Shown: one piece after another, positions 25,063 through 37,983 of the stretch
How positions within the stretch are numbered: the stretch's first letter is position 1
How the letters are laid out: each line of letters opens with the position of its first letter
Assembly: GCF_006345805.1 (NCBI RefSeq)
Contig: NC_043015.1
Span: forward strand, 40,796,001 to 40,860,000
Source: Octopus sinensis
Taxonomy: Eukaryota
DNA length: 64,000 nucleotides
Direction of reading: 5' to 3'
Notes under the pieces: generated by a model
What the model was told of the DNA's origin: nothing
The model's input: the letters and a program-made list of their open reading frames with translations, nothing else
Database searches by the model: none
Made by a program: the position numbers and the translations under genes

Positions 25063-25529
25063 ACAGCCGATGATGTGAAGTCTAAATTGTTTTGTGTTTG
25101 TTTATAGTTTGTGATGGAGTGAATAGGGAGAACCTGGAAGACCCTGACATAATCCAAGATAGTTGTCATCATCATCATCATCGTTTAACGTCCGCTTTCC
25201 ATGCTACCATGGGTTGTGACCCTAAATAAATGTTAAAGACTATGTTGTGATTGTTAGGAGAGATGAGAAAGCATTCTTGCTGATTGCTGCTGTTTAACCC
25301 TGGGTCACTGTTTTCCAGCAGCAGACCTATGATCAGATATGCTACATCCATGACCTTCCAGTTTTTGTTTAATCTGTGTGTCATATCCCAGCTTTTAGAA
25401 TAAGCACACTGTGTCCCTGTTTGTTGTAAGAAGCGATTAAAAGGGCTGGCATCTGGAAAGACATTCTCTCATAGAACACTGCACACCTTCCATAAACTCC
25501 CTTCCAATTCTCACCTGAAGGGAAATGTT

Positions 25530-25990
25530 GCGACAAGTTTCGCGATTGCCGGCAAGGTGACTTTCCGATGCCCGGTCGAGTAGGAGGGTGCCGCGGACGC
25601 GAGCCCAGGTGAAGCCGACCGCAGGTGCAGATCTCGGTGGTAGTAGCAAATATTCGAACGAGACCTTCAAAGACCAAAGTGGAGAAGGGTTCCATGCCAA
25701 CGGCGGTCGAGCTCGGGTCAGTCGGTCCTAAGAAGCAGGCGAAAGCTTGCACGAAAGGCGCCGGACCATCGAACAACGAACACGTACGTATGCGGCCGGC
25801 CTCGCTTCGAAAGGGAATCGGGTTAATATTCCCGAACTTGAACACGGAAAGTGCCCGTCCGGCAGCGGAAACGCGGCAGGGCGAAGCAGCGGCAACACAA
25901 GCGAACCCAGAGACATTGCTGGGAGCCCCAGGAATAGTTCTTCCTTCTTCGTAAAGGACCACGTCCGTGGAATATGCTCATCCGGAGATA
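25530..25990 (+). pseudogene. 28S (LSU) rRNA pseudogene fragment, D7 region, in NDUFA11 intron 1
   Basis: Conserved LSU blocks GGTGCAGATCTCGGTGGTAGTAGCAAATATTC, GTGGAGAAGGGTTCCATG, GGGTCAGTCGGTCCTAAG, CGAAAGGGAATCGGGTTAATATTCCCGAAC and CCGGAGATA; GC/CpG-rich island; left boundary approximate. Confidence 0.92.
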
Positions 25991-26428
25991 CAGATATAAA
26001 AATTACTAAAGCAATAAATACATGTCTCCTCCTCATTGTTTTAAATGTCCACTTTTCCATGATAAATGGGGACAGAGTGTGTTGAGGCAGATTTTCTACG
26101 GGTCTACACCCATCCGGTTGCCAAGGTTCACTTGTTTCTGCGCAGGACACACTGACACACCAATACCAATTGTCGAGCAGTGGTAGGGGACAAACACCGA
26201 CACACACACTCTCTTTACTCTTTTACTTGTTTCAGTTATTTTGACTGTGGCCATGCTGGAGCACTGCCTTTAGTCAAGCAAATCAACCCCAGGACATATT
26301 CTTTGTAAGCCTGGTACTTATTCTATCGGCCTCTTTTGCCGGACTGCTAAGTTACGGGGATGTAAACACACCAGCATCGGTTGTCAAGCGATGTTGGGGG
26401 GGACAAACACAGACACACAAACACACAT

Positions 26429-26477
<49 letters not shown>

Positions 26478-26857
26478 TACGACAGGCTTCTTTCAGTTTC
26501 TGTCTACCAAGTCCACTCACAAGGCTATAGTAGAAGACACTTGCTCAAGGTGCCACACAGTGGGACTGAACCTGGAACCATGTGGCTGGTAAGCAAGCTA
26601 CTTACCCCACAGCCACTCCTACACCTATACACATATATAATGAGCTTCCTTCAGTTTCCATCTACCAAATCCACTTGAAAGGTTTTGAGCAGCCTGAAAC
26701 TATAGTAGAAGACACTAGTCCAAGGTGCCATGCAGTGGGACTGAACCCAGAACCATGTGGTTGGGAAGCAAGCTTCTTACCACACAGCCATGCCTGTGCC
26801 TTTTTATCTAATTTATTTTTATTCCTTTTTTTCTTTTCTTTTCTTTTTTTTTTGCAG

Positions 26858-26953
26858 GTGTGGGTTTTGGAGTGATAGATTCCCTGAGGACGTTGACTCA
26901 CTTTACACCAACTAATATTGGAATGAAGGTTGTCGGCTTGTCTGGTCCACTGG
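26858..26953 (+). CDS. NDUFA11: NDUFA11 exon 2
   Basis: Polypyrimidine tract plus TTGCAG acceptor; GVGFGVIDSLRTLTHFTPTNIGMKVVGLSGPL; donor GTAAGT; 96 nt, phase 1-1. Confidence 0.88.
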
Positions 26954-27384
26954 GTAAGTTATTTTACTCTAAGGTAAACTTAGTTTGTTCCTAGAAGCGG
27001 CTTTCATTGTTTGTAGCCCCACCTTTGCATGAACCCACGTACTTTATGTCACCCTCCCATTCCATAAAAAGAATTAAATATGCACCCCCCCCCCAGTGTT
27101 TTTCCACCATTCACTTTGCTCTGATCTGATTATATCTCTTTAATTAGCAACATGCGTCCACAACTGTCCTTTTTCTTTGTGGTGTGTCAGTTTTGGAGAC
27201 CACTTGATTCTTGAGATTATCTCCCCTGTCTCATATGCAGACGATCTCAATTGCAATTTGGTAATTACGATAGAGATGGAAATAATTTAAAATAAATCAG
27301 GGATTTATATTGTATAGTATTTGATATACCTTTATTTGTCTACGTCGTTCATATCCATCCCTCTTGCCACACTGAGTTATCTCT

Positions 27385-27606
27385 CTTTACTCTTTACTCT
27401 TTTACTTGTTTCAGTCATTTGACTGTGGCCATGCTGGAGCACCGCCTTTTTAGTCGAGCAACTCGACCCCGGGACTTATTCTTTGAAAGCGCAGTACTTA
27501 TTCTATCGGTCTCTTTTTGCCGAACCGCTAAGTGACGGGGACGTAAACACACCAGCATCGGTTGTCAAGCAATGCTAGGGGTACAAACACAGACACACAA
27601 ACACAT

Positions 27607-27675
<69 letters not shown>

Positions 27676-27820
27676 TACGACAGCTTCTTTCAGTCTCCGT
27701 CTACCAAATCCACTCACAAGGCATTGGTTGGCCCGGGGCTATAGCAGAAGACACTTGCCCAAGATGCCACGCAGTGGGACTGAACCCGGAACCATGTGGT
27801 TGGTTAGCAAGCTACTTACC
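27385..27820 (-). mobile_element. SINE family A (further copies at 26208-26620 and 26640-26797)
   Basis: Reverse complement of family A consensus. Confidence 0.88.
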
Positions 27821-29201
27821 ATGGTCATTTTTATTTAAATTGTACGTCTGCACCCCACCCCTGATGTTCCAGAACCCCCAATCCAGCCATTCAGTTGTCC
27901 ATGCTGGGTTGTCCTGCTTTCACCTTCAGGTCTGTACAGCATTGCTGTCGTCTCAATAATAAATGAATTTCCAGTGGGACAAAGAGATGTCTGTCTTTAT
28001 AGACAAGGTCCCTTTTCTGTTTCTGGGCTCAAGAAGGAAAGAAATGTCTGATATTATAAACAGGGGTTCCTTCTGTGTCTAAAGAATCTAGAAAGAAAGA
28101 AATTTAATGTTTTCAATGGGTTCTTGTTTCAGTTTAAGACTTTAGGAGAAAATCTCTGATGATATAATTAAAAAAAAGAAATCGGGATGGTCAAGTGGCC
28201 ATGGCCTTAATGAGGGATGAAATTGGATCAAGGCCAACTAAGGCCTGAACAACAGGCACTGCTCATCAGCAGCAGCATTTAACGTCCGTTTTCCATGCTG
28301 GCATGGGTTGGACGGTTTGACTGAAAACTGGTAAGCTGGGGAGCTCTCTAGTGATTAAATATATTGTTGCACTACGACGATTACGACAACGAGGGTTCCA
28401 GTTGATCCGATCAACGGGACAGCTTGCTTGTGAAATTAACGTGTAAGTGGCTGAGCACTCCACATACACGTGTACCCTTAACGTAGTTCTCGGGGAGATT
28501 CAGCATGACACAGAGAGTGACAAGGCCGGCCCCTTGAAATACAGGTACAACAGAAACAGGAAGTAAGAGTGAGAGAAAGTTGTGGTGAAAGAATACAGCA
28601 GGGTTCACCACCATCCCCTGCCGGAGCCTCGTGGAGCTTTGGTGTTTTCACTCAATAAACACTCACAATGCTCAGTCTGGGAATTGAAACCACAATCCTA
28701 CGACCGTGAGTCCACTGCCCTAACTACTGGGCCATTGCTCCTCTACAGTTATATATATAGGGTCAGAGCAAAACTTTGTCCCATTTTCTTTTCAAGTAGC
28801 TGTCTGAATTTGACCCCTGATATTCTAGAAGGAACTCGTAGTACACAATGTCCTTCTGTTCCCTCCAGATACAAAGCATCACCTTTGGATACAAAATAGA
28901 TTTGGGAGTGATGAAAGGCAGTTCATTTTGTTTTTACCAGGACATTCTTCACTTAACATTGTTCTAAATAATCCATTTTACATTGCCTCTGATTGTTCAT
29001 TTCAAATATGTCCAACCCATGCCAGCATGGAAAACAGACATTAAACGATAATGATGATGAATCTCATTTTTGTTGCGTTTGGTATCTATACACCACTTTA
29101 TTTATTCGACTACATTTAGTTCCATTCCCTTTAAGCAGCTTCATGATCCTATGTAATATACATCCATCTTCCTGCTTACTGCTACTCACCCTTATAAAGT
29201 G

Positions 29202-29800
29202 GTAGCAGGATTCATAGAAGAAGTTTTGTGGGAATATTGAGTTCACAAGCGGTCCCCGACATCCTGCATGCATATCCCGAGTGATGGGACACCCTGTTTT
29301 CCGCGGAGTCTCCACAGACGCAGGGACAGAACACCTTGAAGCCACTGGTTGCCGATCAGACGCCTCTTGGAATTTTCACCAAGCTGCCAGGCTGCGGCCC
29401 TAATACCACTCAGTACCAGACCAATCTGCCTTGGGTGGCCCTACTAGGAACCGAAGTTAAGTTCCTGACGGCATAGCTCTGACACTGCCCGTTTACACCA
29501 CCCTACCGCTTTGAGGAGGGGCTGGACTTTAGGCTGATTCGCGATGTCTTCCTCCCACCTCCGCTTCCCAACTGGCGCAAACGCACAGACGGGCAGCTGA
29601 AGACCTGGGCGACAACGATAAAGGAGGACCTCCGAACTCTCAGGTCCGCAGGTGGTCGGTCTGCGCAGATGGAACCACGAATGGCTCGCTATCTCCAGTG
29701 ACCTCGCACAGGACCATCGAGCATGGTTCGTGATGCCGTCAGGACCAGAGAAGAAGCTGGCTCAACCCGCCCTGAGTGAACGCTATCACAAGTACAAGTA
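29202..29800 (+). mobile_element. Non-autonomous RTE derivative, copy 2, with TSD
   Basis: IRDVFLPPPLPNWRKRTDGQLKTWATTIKEDL...DLAQDHRAW (RTE RT C-terminus); (CAAGTA)2 tail; direct repeat CCCTTATAAAGTG at 29189-29201 and 29806-29818. Confidence 0.82.
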
Positions 29801-30038
29801 AAGCGCCCTTATAAAGTGTGGTAGCCATGCATCTCTTCTATAGCAAGACCCTTGTTCTTGTCCCTCCATCAAACTTTAGCCTCTCGCCACCTGACATAAA
29901 GACACTGCTCCTTCCAAATACAAATACACCCACCTGATAATCTGAGATATCCTGTTGTTATACCATGTGTTATGAGATATCTTGTTTTTATACCATTGAA
30001 GCTGTTGTACTGAATCTCTCTCTCTTTTAATATTCCAG

Positions 30039-30158
30039 CTGCCATAGGTGCTGCCTACCCAGCTATAACAGGAATCGTGGCCAATATCAGAAAGAAAGAT
30101 GACCCATTAAACCATGTTGTCGGTGGTTTTGTTGCTGGTTCCATTTGGGGTGTGAGAT
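30039..30158 (+). CDS. NDUFA11: NDUFA11 exon 3 (Tim17-family segment)
   Basis: TTCCAG acceptor; AAIGAAYPAITGIVANIRKKDDPLNHVVGGFVAGSIWGVR carries the R.KDD..N...GG..AG signature; donor GTGAGT; 120 nt. Confidence 0.93.
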
Positions 30159-31665
30159 GTGAGTAAAAACTTGAATATTATTTCAATTTTTCTACCAACA
30201 ACAAGGCTTTGTAATATTTTCATATATTTTTCAATTCTGATTTACACGATGTTACACATAAAAATATTTCTTCTTCTTCTTCTTCTTCTTCTTCTTCTTC
30301 TTCTTCTTCTTCTTCTCCTCCTCCTCCTCCTCCTCCTCCTCCTCCTTCTTCGTCTTCTTCGTCGTCGTCGTCGTCGTCGTCGTCATCATCATTATTATTA
30401 TCATCATTATTATTATTATTATTATTATTATTAAGGTGTTGAGTTGGTGAAATTGTTAGAACGCCAGGCAAATTCCTTGGCAGTATTTCGATCTCTTTAT
30501 GTTCTGAGTTCAAATTCTGCCAGGGTCGACTTCGCCTTTTCATCCTTTCAGGGTCGGTGAAATAAGTACCTGTTATGCACTGGGGTCAATGTAATCTACT
30601 TACCCCTCCCCCTTAAATTTCAGGCCTTGTGCCTATAGCAGAAAGGATTATTATTTGGCAGAATCATTAGCATACATACTAGATAAAATGCTTACGTTCT
30701 GAGTTCAAATTCTACCAAGGTCACCTTTGCCCCCTGTCCTTTTTGGAGGGTCAATCAAATAAGTATCTGTTGAGCACGGGGAGGTCTATGTGATCAACTA
30801 AGCCCCCTCCCTCGAAATTTCAAGCCTTGTGCTTGTAGGATTATTTATTATTATTATTATTATCAAAGTTGAGTATGAGACAAAATGCTTGGCAGTTTTT
30901 CATCTGACTCTAAGTTCTGAGTTCAAATCCTACCAAGGTTGACTTTGCCTTTCGTCCTTTTGGGGTTGATAAAATAAATACCAGTTGAGTACTGGGGTCC
31001 ATGTAATGGACTTCCCTCCCCTCTCAAAATTTCAGGAATTAAACCAAATTTACAAAGAATTAATAAGTATTTTGGGTGGTGGATTTGCAGCGTTGAAAAA
31101 CTGCATTGCAGTATTTCATGCATTTTGAATTCAAATCTTGCTGAGGTCAACTCTGCTTTTCATCTCTCTGAGGTTCATAAAATAAAGCAGCAATCAAATG
31201 CTGAAGTTGATGGCATCAGCCAATGCCCTCTACTGGGCGTTTCTGGCCTCGAACCAAAATTCGAAATGATTACGAAGGGCAGTGGATTAGCAAAATCAAC
31301 ATCAAAATGCCTTGTGGTATTTCTTCTGGGTTGGTGGGATTTCAAATCCCACTCAGCTGAACTTTATTTTTCATCCTTTTAAGGGTCAATAAAGTACCAG
31401 TCAAATGCTGAGGATTGTGGTATCAAACTGGTCCCTTGCCCTCAAAATTATTGGTGCTTTTGCACCTGAATTAGAAATTTTAGACATAGGCATGGCTGTG
31501 TGGTAAGAAGCTTGCTTCCCAACCACATAGTTCTGGATTCAATCCCACTACATGGCACCTCGGACAAGTGGCTTTTATTATAACCTTAGACCGACCAAAA
31601 TCTTGTGAGTAGATTTGGTAGATAGAAACTAAAAAGAAGCCCGTTATATATATATATGTGTAAAA

Positions 31666-31937
31666 TAATATGTGACAATTATTCAGTAGCCAAGATAAAA
31701 CTGAGTTTCGGATGCTGAGGTGGAAATTCACACCACCATCTCTTTGGTTATCTGGCCATCTGAAAAACGCTGTGAAAAAAAGACCGTTATACATGCCATC
31801 TGAAAAACGCTATGATGGTCTTTTCTCATAGCGTTTTTCAGATGGCCAGATAACCAAAGAGATGGTGGTGTGGATTTCCACTTCGGCATCCGAAACTCAG
31901 AGTTTTATCTTGGCTATTGAATAATTGTCACATATTA
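31666..31937. repeat. Long inverted repeat (arms ~31666-31790 / ~31812-31937), Penelope-like, with a core-mutated hammerhead-like motif
   Basis: Arms read as reverse complements over ~125 bp; AGATAA-CCAAAGA-GATG..CATC-CGAAA-CTCAGAGTT-TTATCT at 31848-31910. Confidence 0.85.
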
Positions 31938-32023
31938 CATTTACAGATAAATTTCCTCTATTTACATAATATTGAGGTCTCTTTCTTCCTTTTGTTATCT
32001 TACCGTTTTTACCAATATATATT

Positions 32024-32302
32024 TAATACAAAATAAGAAAATGGAGAAATACATCTTAATCAATAATCAACTACCAGATAATACCCAATCACATAATTTA
32101 TTAACCCACCACATATGAACATCAAGGTCAAACATAGTGTACTTATTGTATCATATTACTCATTGATGTGCATTGTTTTGTTCTGTACTATTGTTTGACC
32201 TTGATGTTCATATGTAGTGGGTTAATAAATTATGTGATTGGGTATTATCTGGTAGTTGATTACTGATTAAGGTGTATTTCTCCATTTTCTTATTTAGTAT
32301 TA
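32024..32302. repeat. Second long inverted repeat (arms ~32024-32138 / ~32187-32302)
   Basis: AATAAGAAAATGGAGAAATAC...CATCAAGGTCAAACA pairs with TGTTTGACCTTGATG...GTATTTCTCCATTTTCTTATT. Confidence 0.9.
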
Positions 32303-32469
32303 TAAATTTGTGGTAAAACATTTTACCTTTGCCCATATAATACAATAAATGAATTAATTGCATCGCAATTCTTAACATTTATGTATTAACTTTGTTGGGT
32401 ACTTCACTAGCAGTATATTGGATATATGGTATCCCATGGAGAGTTGCACTCACAACCCCTATCTCAATT

Positions 32470-32501
<32 letters not shown>

Positions 32502-33849
32502 CGCACAAACACACACAGAGTAATCCCTTGATTATTGTGGGTGTTATGTTCCAAAACCCCTAGTGATAGGTGAAAAGTCTGTGAAGTAGAAACAGTACTG
32601 TACTGTATATTTTTTTCTAATAAGCATCTTCCTCTGATGCCAGGGTTCACTGCCAGAAGCCTTAAAAGGTGCAGAACATTTGGGCAACATCATAGGGCTT
32701 GAAATAAATTTACAATTTTACACACAAACACAAAACAACACCACACACTCACCTCCCGAGTTTCGTTTTCCATGCAGTATGTGCAATTCTTTGTTTATTC
32801 CTCTACGTATTTTCTTTTGATATATTTTAATTAATGGGTTATAACAGTGCAGTACTGTAGTGTATATTTACTGATTTTTATGTGTGAAAATGCTTATTTG
32901 ACCACAAAAATAATTAAAATCTAAAAAAATGTAAATACCTACTGGCCGCAGAGACCAGTGATATTCTGATGAGTCCATGATATAAATTTACATATATAAG
33001 CCAGAAAAGTCCACGGGGTACTGAAAGCGCAATAGGTAAACCATGACTAGGCATGTGATTACTGTGTGTATGTATGTATGTATGTATGTATATATATATA
33101 TATATATGTGTGTGTCTGTTTGTCCCTCGTCACCACCTGACAGCCAGTGCTGGTGTTTACATTCTTCATAGCTTAGCAGTTTGGCAAAAGAGACTGCGGC
33201 CATGCTGCAGCACTGGACTTTAGTCGAACTAATCGACCCCAGGACTTATTCTTTGTAAGCCTAGTACTTATTCTATTGGTCTCTTTTGCCGAACTGCTAT
33301 GTTACGGGGACGTAAACACGCCAGCATCGGTTTTCAAGCGATGGTGGGGGGGGTGTCAAATACATACACACACATATGTACATATATATACATACACACA
33401 CACATACATACATATACACATATATATATATACACACACATATACATCTACATATACACACATACATATACGTACATACATATATATATATATACATATA
33501 CACACATATATATACACATACACACACATATATATATATATAAACAGGCTTCTTTCAGTTTCTGTCTACCAAATCCATTCACAAAGCTTTGGTAGGCGCG
33601 AGGCTATAGTAGTAGACACTTGCCCAAGGTGCCACGCAGTGGGACTGAACCCGGAACCATGTGGTTGGTAAGCAAGCTACTTACCACATCCCCATAGGAT
33701 TTGAACTCGGAACATAAAGAGCCAGAAATGCCACAAAGCATTTAATCTTGTTGTGCAATTACAATGCTGTCAGCTCTTAATGATTTCTTAATGATTAAAT
33801 AATAAATTACTAAAACGACCATTTTTGTTTCAATTTTCTCTTTCCCCAG

Positions 33850-34049
33850 ACAAGAACCCAGCCACAGGTTGGGTGGCCGCCTTTCTTTTTGCTGGTTTCT
33901 GTTGTATCAACAAAATCTGTCACGAAAACGGTGTCAAGTTCTACCCGAGCAGTGTCTACAATACACCAAGCACCACTTTGGATTTTGACCATTACAGACG
34001 CAGCTTCTTAGTCACAAGAAGTCCTGTAGTTGGTAAAGAAGATGATTAA
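33850..34049 (+). CDS. NDUFA11: NDUFA11 exon 4 (terminal)
   Basis: TTTCCCCAG acceptor; YKNPATGWVAAFLFAGFCCINKICHENGVKFYP...GKEDD*; the four exons total 546 nt (181 aa plus stop). Confidence 0.88.
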
Positions 34050-34142
34050 TTGTAGCCACCTGTTTAATTAATTAAAATTGGATTTTTTTTCTTTTTTTTT
34101 TTCCAGGTAGATATATATTTCTGTATATAAACTTGATTTTCA

Positions 34143-34148
34143 AATAAA
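34143..34148 (+). terminator. Candidate polyadenylation signal for NDUFA11
   Basis: AATAAA ~95 nt after the stop, followed by T/GT-rich sequence. Confidence 0.55.
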
Positions 34149-36496
34149 ATCTTTTTATCATCTGGTTTATAGAGTTGTTGTGTATAGATGCAGGCATGGC
34201 TGTGAAGACATGAAATATGATATTCCTTACTTGAAAAACAGGCAAGGGTTAGTGACAGTAAAGCAATATACTCGTATAACTTGGTATGTGTGCTTTGAGC
34301 AAGTCTCATATTTCATGTTGCTCCAGTCCCCTCGGCTGCCAAAGATGAGTTGCCGTGATTCCCAACGTGGGGCATGGGTTACATCCATTGCACTATATTT
34401 TTTTTTATTTTGTTTTCAGGTAATATTGTAAATATTAACCAATTTATCTTGAATTTTGTCTTCTAATTGGTGCAGCTTGCCTAAGGGTGAGCCACGTCTT
34501 GTGACCTGCTTCTTGAGAGAACATTTAAAAATATTAATTCAATTATGCATCTTCAAAAATACAAAAGAATCTTTTATTTTCTTTCCATGATTTGCAAATA
34601 AAGAGAAACAGAAAAAGCATAATACCGGGTCATTCAGAGAGATATTATTAATGAAGTAATGACATGGGTACTCCACTTACGAGGAACCTGGATGTCTGTC
34701 AAAACACAAGAAGCTTGCTCTGACACCAACACATTGGTTAAGAATCACTACAGTTCATAGCCATTTCCACAGAACCACACAAATACCAACATGCACACAC
34801 ATACACACGTGTCTGTATACATCTTGGACCCTTCTATCATTAGGCGACACAAGGGTTCTGCAATCTCTTACTGGACAACTACACAGGTGATTTTTTATAG
34901 TGATCAAATATTTGTGTTGCACATAAGCTCTCGCTCCTTCCATCAAATCAACATTACCTGTACAGGTGCACGATGTACCACATGTCAGATGACAAAATGA
35001 TAGCAGAGCAACATAAAATGAAGTGTTTTGCTCAAGAACACAACACAATGCCCGGTCTGGGAATCAAACCGCAATCGTAAGTGCAACACCTCAACCACTA
35101 AGCTATACACCTTCACACACACACACATATATATATAAACAGGTAGAGTCTGTGGTTAAAAAGGTAGCTTCCTAACTATTGGCTTCTGTTTCAGTGCCAA
35201 AGTGTGGCACCTTGGCCAAACGTCTTCTACGATAATTCCAAACTAACCGAAAACTTGTGAGCAGATGGAAACTGAAAGAAGCCTGGCATATGTACCTATA
35301 CATGTGTGTAGGTACTTATGACATCACACGATAGTTGTAAGTGGTATCATTGCTCCCCCAACCAGTCTTCCATGAAAACATGTCCAACCAGAGAGGATAT
35401 ACATGGAAACAGGTGAGGGTGGGCAACAGGAAGGGCACCCAGTTGTAGAAAACCTGTCTCGACCACGTCAGCTCCAGCTCGTATCCAAGCATTGGGTTCA
35501 TCAGTTTCCATCCAGTCTCCTCGGCTGATGTTTGTGCCAAAAGTGACTTTGAAGTCCAAGTCGGTGGTGAAAGAGTTGTGGGCAGAACTCGCACAGGATG
35601 ACATACATACATATATATATATATGAGCTCTACAATAAGGACCTGCTCTTCCCTTCCTTTCTCCAACTGCATCCCTTAAATTCCCAACATAAAGCTGACC
35701 CCACCACTATCCATTGCAATTTATAATCTGGTGAGCTGCATGACAACCTCAGTTGGCAAGAAGCACCCAGAACCCACTATGAAGTGGTTGGCATATTAGG
35801 AAGGGCGTCCAGTCATAGAAACCATGCCAAAGCAAACGCTGCAGTCCTTGATTCATCAAAAATCCAAGAAAACCCTCCAACCCAGGCCAGCAGGGAACAT
35901 AAGACATTAAATGATGAGGATACACATATTGAGTGATTGGACGTAACTACTAGTTATCATCATCATCATCATTTAATGCCTGTTGTCCATGGTGGCATGG
36001 GTTGGACAGTTTGACCAGAGCTGGGGAGCTGCATCAGACTAATTCCCCAGTGTTAAATCGCATGTTTATAGCAATTCTGAGATGGCTATCAAAGACCTTC
36101 CGTAAGGGACATATTTGATCTGATGCTTGTATGATGTCTACATCCAGTGTGTGTTGCACATAAGAAATACTGATAGTGAAATTAAATAACAGTTTTGGTT
36201 GTTTTAGATTAAAGTTCTTTTAGGGGTTTCTTTCAGAATTACATAAACTGCATCTTGTAGTACCGTTTATGTCGGGTTTGCATTGCTCCAGAATTTTTTC
36301 CATTTGGTGATAAATTTAATTCCACTGTCATTCAACCTCCACGTGTAAATGGATCATTTGGTGAAGTTTTTCTTTTTCTATTTCCCTAAAGGAGAAAATG
36401 TAATTAAAACAGCATTCCCTCCAGCATCGTAGACACACAAAGTGCATCAGTACAAGCAGACAGCACCTTTCCTCCTCCTCTTCATCCTCATCACTG

Positions 36497-36643
36497 TTAA
36501 CTCCATACTTTGCACTGCTGTACCAGTTTGATCACTTCTGTAAGTGTTTCACGCGAGGTGTCCTTCATAGCAAGAGACAATAAAACCGGTTTTGATGTTG
36601 ACATGCTCATCTGAATGTTCTTGGCCAAAACATGGGTCATTGG
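36497..36643 (-). CDS. PSMG3: Proteasome assembly chaperone 3, exon 4 (terminal)
   Basis: TTGGCAG acceptor; PMTHVLAKNIQMSMSTSKPVLLSLAMKDTSRETLTEVIKLVQQCKVWS*, matching the PAC3 C-terminus (HVFAKN...VLLAVAVKD...CQVW). Confidence 0.93.
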   Translation of the reverse strand, partial: PMTHVLAKNIQMSMSTSKPVLLSLAMKDTSRETLTEVIKLVQQCKVWS

Positions 36644-37353
36644 CTGCCAACAGAAAAAAACAAAAATAAATAAAATATTAAAGCAAATCCTTTATAATGT
36701 TATTACAAGGTCAAAACAGAAAAATCTTCCATCATTGATACAAATGCTTTTGCAGCTAAAAAGACCAGAAAAAGACCAGTTGATTAAAATGGACCCTAAA
36801 GTATCAGCCTAGTCCTTATTTTTATCAATCCACTGAAGGATGAAAAGGAAACTTCAGCCCAAGTGGGATTTGAACTTATTATTGGCGTTAGGAAGGGCAT
36901 CCAACTGTAGAAACATTGCCACATCAAACTGGGCCTGGTGCAGCCTTCTGGCTTCCCAGACCCCAGTTGAACCGTCCAACCCATGCTAGCATGGAAAGCG
37001 GACGCTAAACGATGATGATTCTACTGTAGCATTTCCATGCTGGCCCCAGTTAGATGGCTCTCACAAAGCTACCGATGTTTGTTATTGCAAATATCATATT
37101 GGTGAGGGGCTTTTTTTTTACGCAACTGGATGCCCTTCCTGTCACCAACCAATGATTGGTGAACATAAAGGGATGTAATTACTACCAGATAGGATATTTT
37201 GTCCAACAGATATGGATATCAACTACTCTGAATAAAATGGTTTTATAATAACAACTAAAGAATCAGATTTAACTTCTCTGCATTGGTGGTTTTCAACTGG
37301 GGTCCAGATGAGATTTTGTTGTTAAAATGTATGTCACAAATTAGTTATACTTC

Positions 37354-37505
37354 GGAGTGGCTGTGTGGTAAGTAGCTTGCTTACCAACCACATGGTTCCC
37401 AGTTCAGTCCCACTGTGTGGCACCTTGGGCAAGTGTCTTCTACTATAGCCTCAGGCAGACCAAAGCCTTGTGAGTGGATTTGGTAGACAGAAACTGAAAG
37501 AAGCC

Positions 37506-37537
<32 letters not shown>

Positions 37538-37757
37538 GCATGTGTGTGTATATGTTCGTGTATCTGTGTTTGTTCCCCCCAACATCGCTTGTCAACCGAT
37601 GCTGGTGTGTTTACGTCCCCGTAACTTAGCGGTTCGGCAAAAGAGACCGATAGAATAAGTACTGGGCTTACAGAGAATAAGTCCTGGTGTCGATTTGTTC
37701 AACTAAAGGCGGTGCTCCAGCATGGCCACAGTCAAATGACTGAAACAAGTAAAAGAG
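37354..37757 (+). mobile_element. SINE family A in PSMG3 intron 3
   Basis: Full family A consensus. Confidence 0.88.
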
Positions 37758-37983
37758 ATTACGTAAAATATTTTAGCAATTTTCTTTTTATACACTCCCT
37801 AATATTTAATTATAAAATTATAGCATGATTTTTTTTTAAAACATAGAATGGCTACAAGGGTCCACATGAATAAAATAGGAATCAAAGGGGCCAAGAGGGG
37901 TTGATAAGTGAAAAAAGGGTTGAGAATCACTGCTTTATACAAAGGAGGGTAACATAAAGAATGTCTAAGGTGAGAGTTCTTAC

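Noticed and set aside
25530-25990. Functional rRNA gene
   Set aside because: Only ~460 bp, mutated, intronic, with no flanking rDNA
25381-26207. Several overlapping 87-193-aa ORFs
   Set aside because: Shadow ORFs of the GC-rich 28S rRNA fragment
30220-30543. Poly-N/D/E/G protein and similar His-, Tyr/Ile- and Cys/Val-rich ORFs across the window
   Set aside because: Translations of di- and trinucleotide microsatellites
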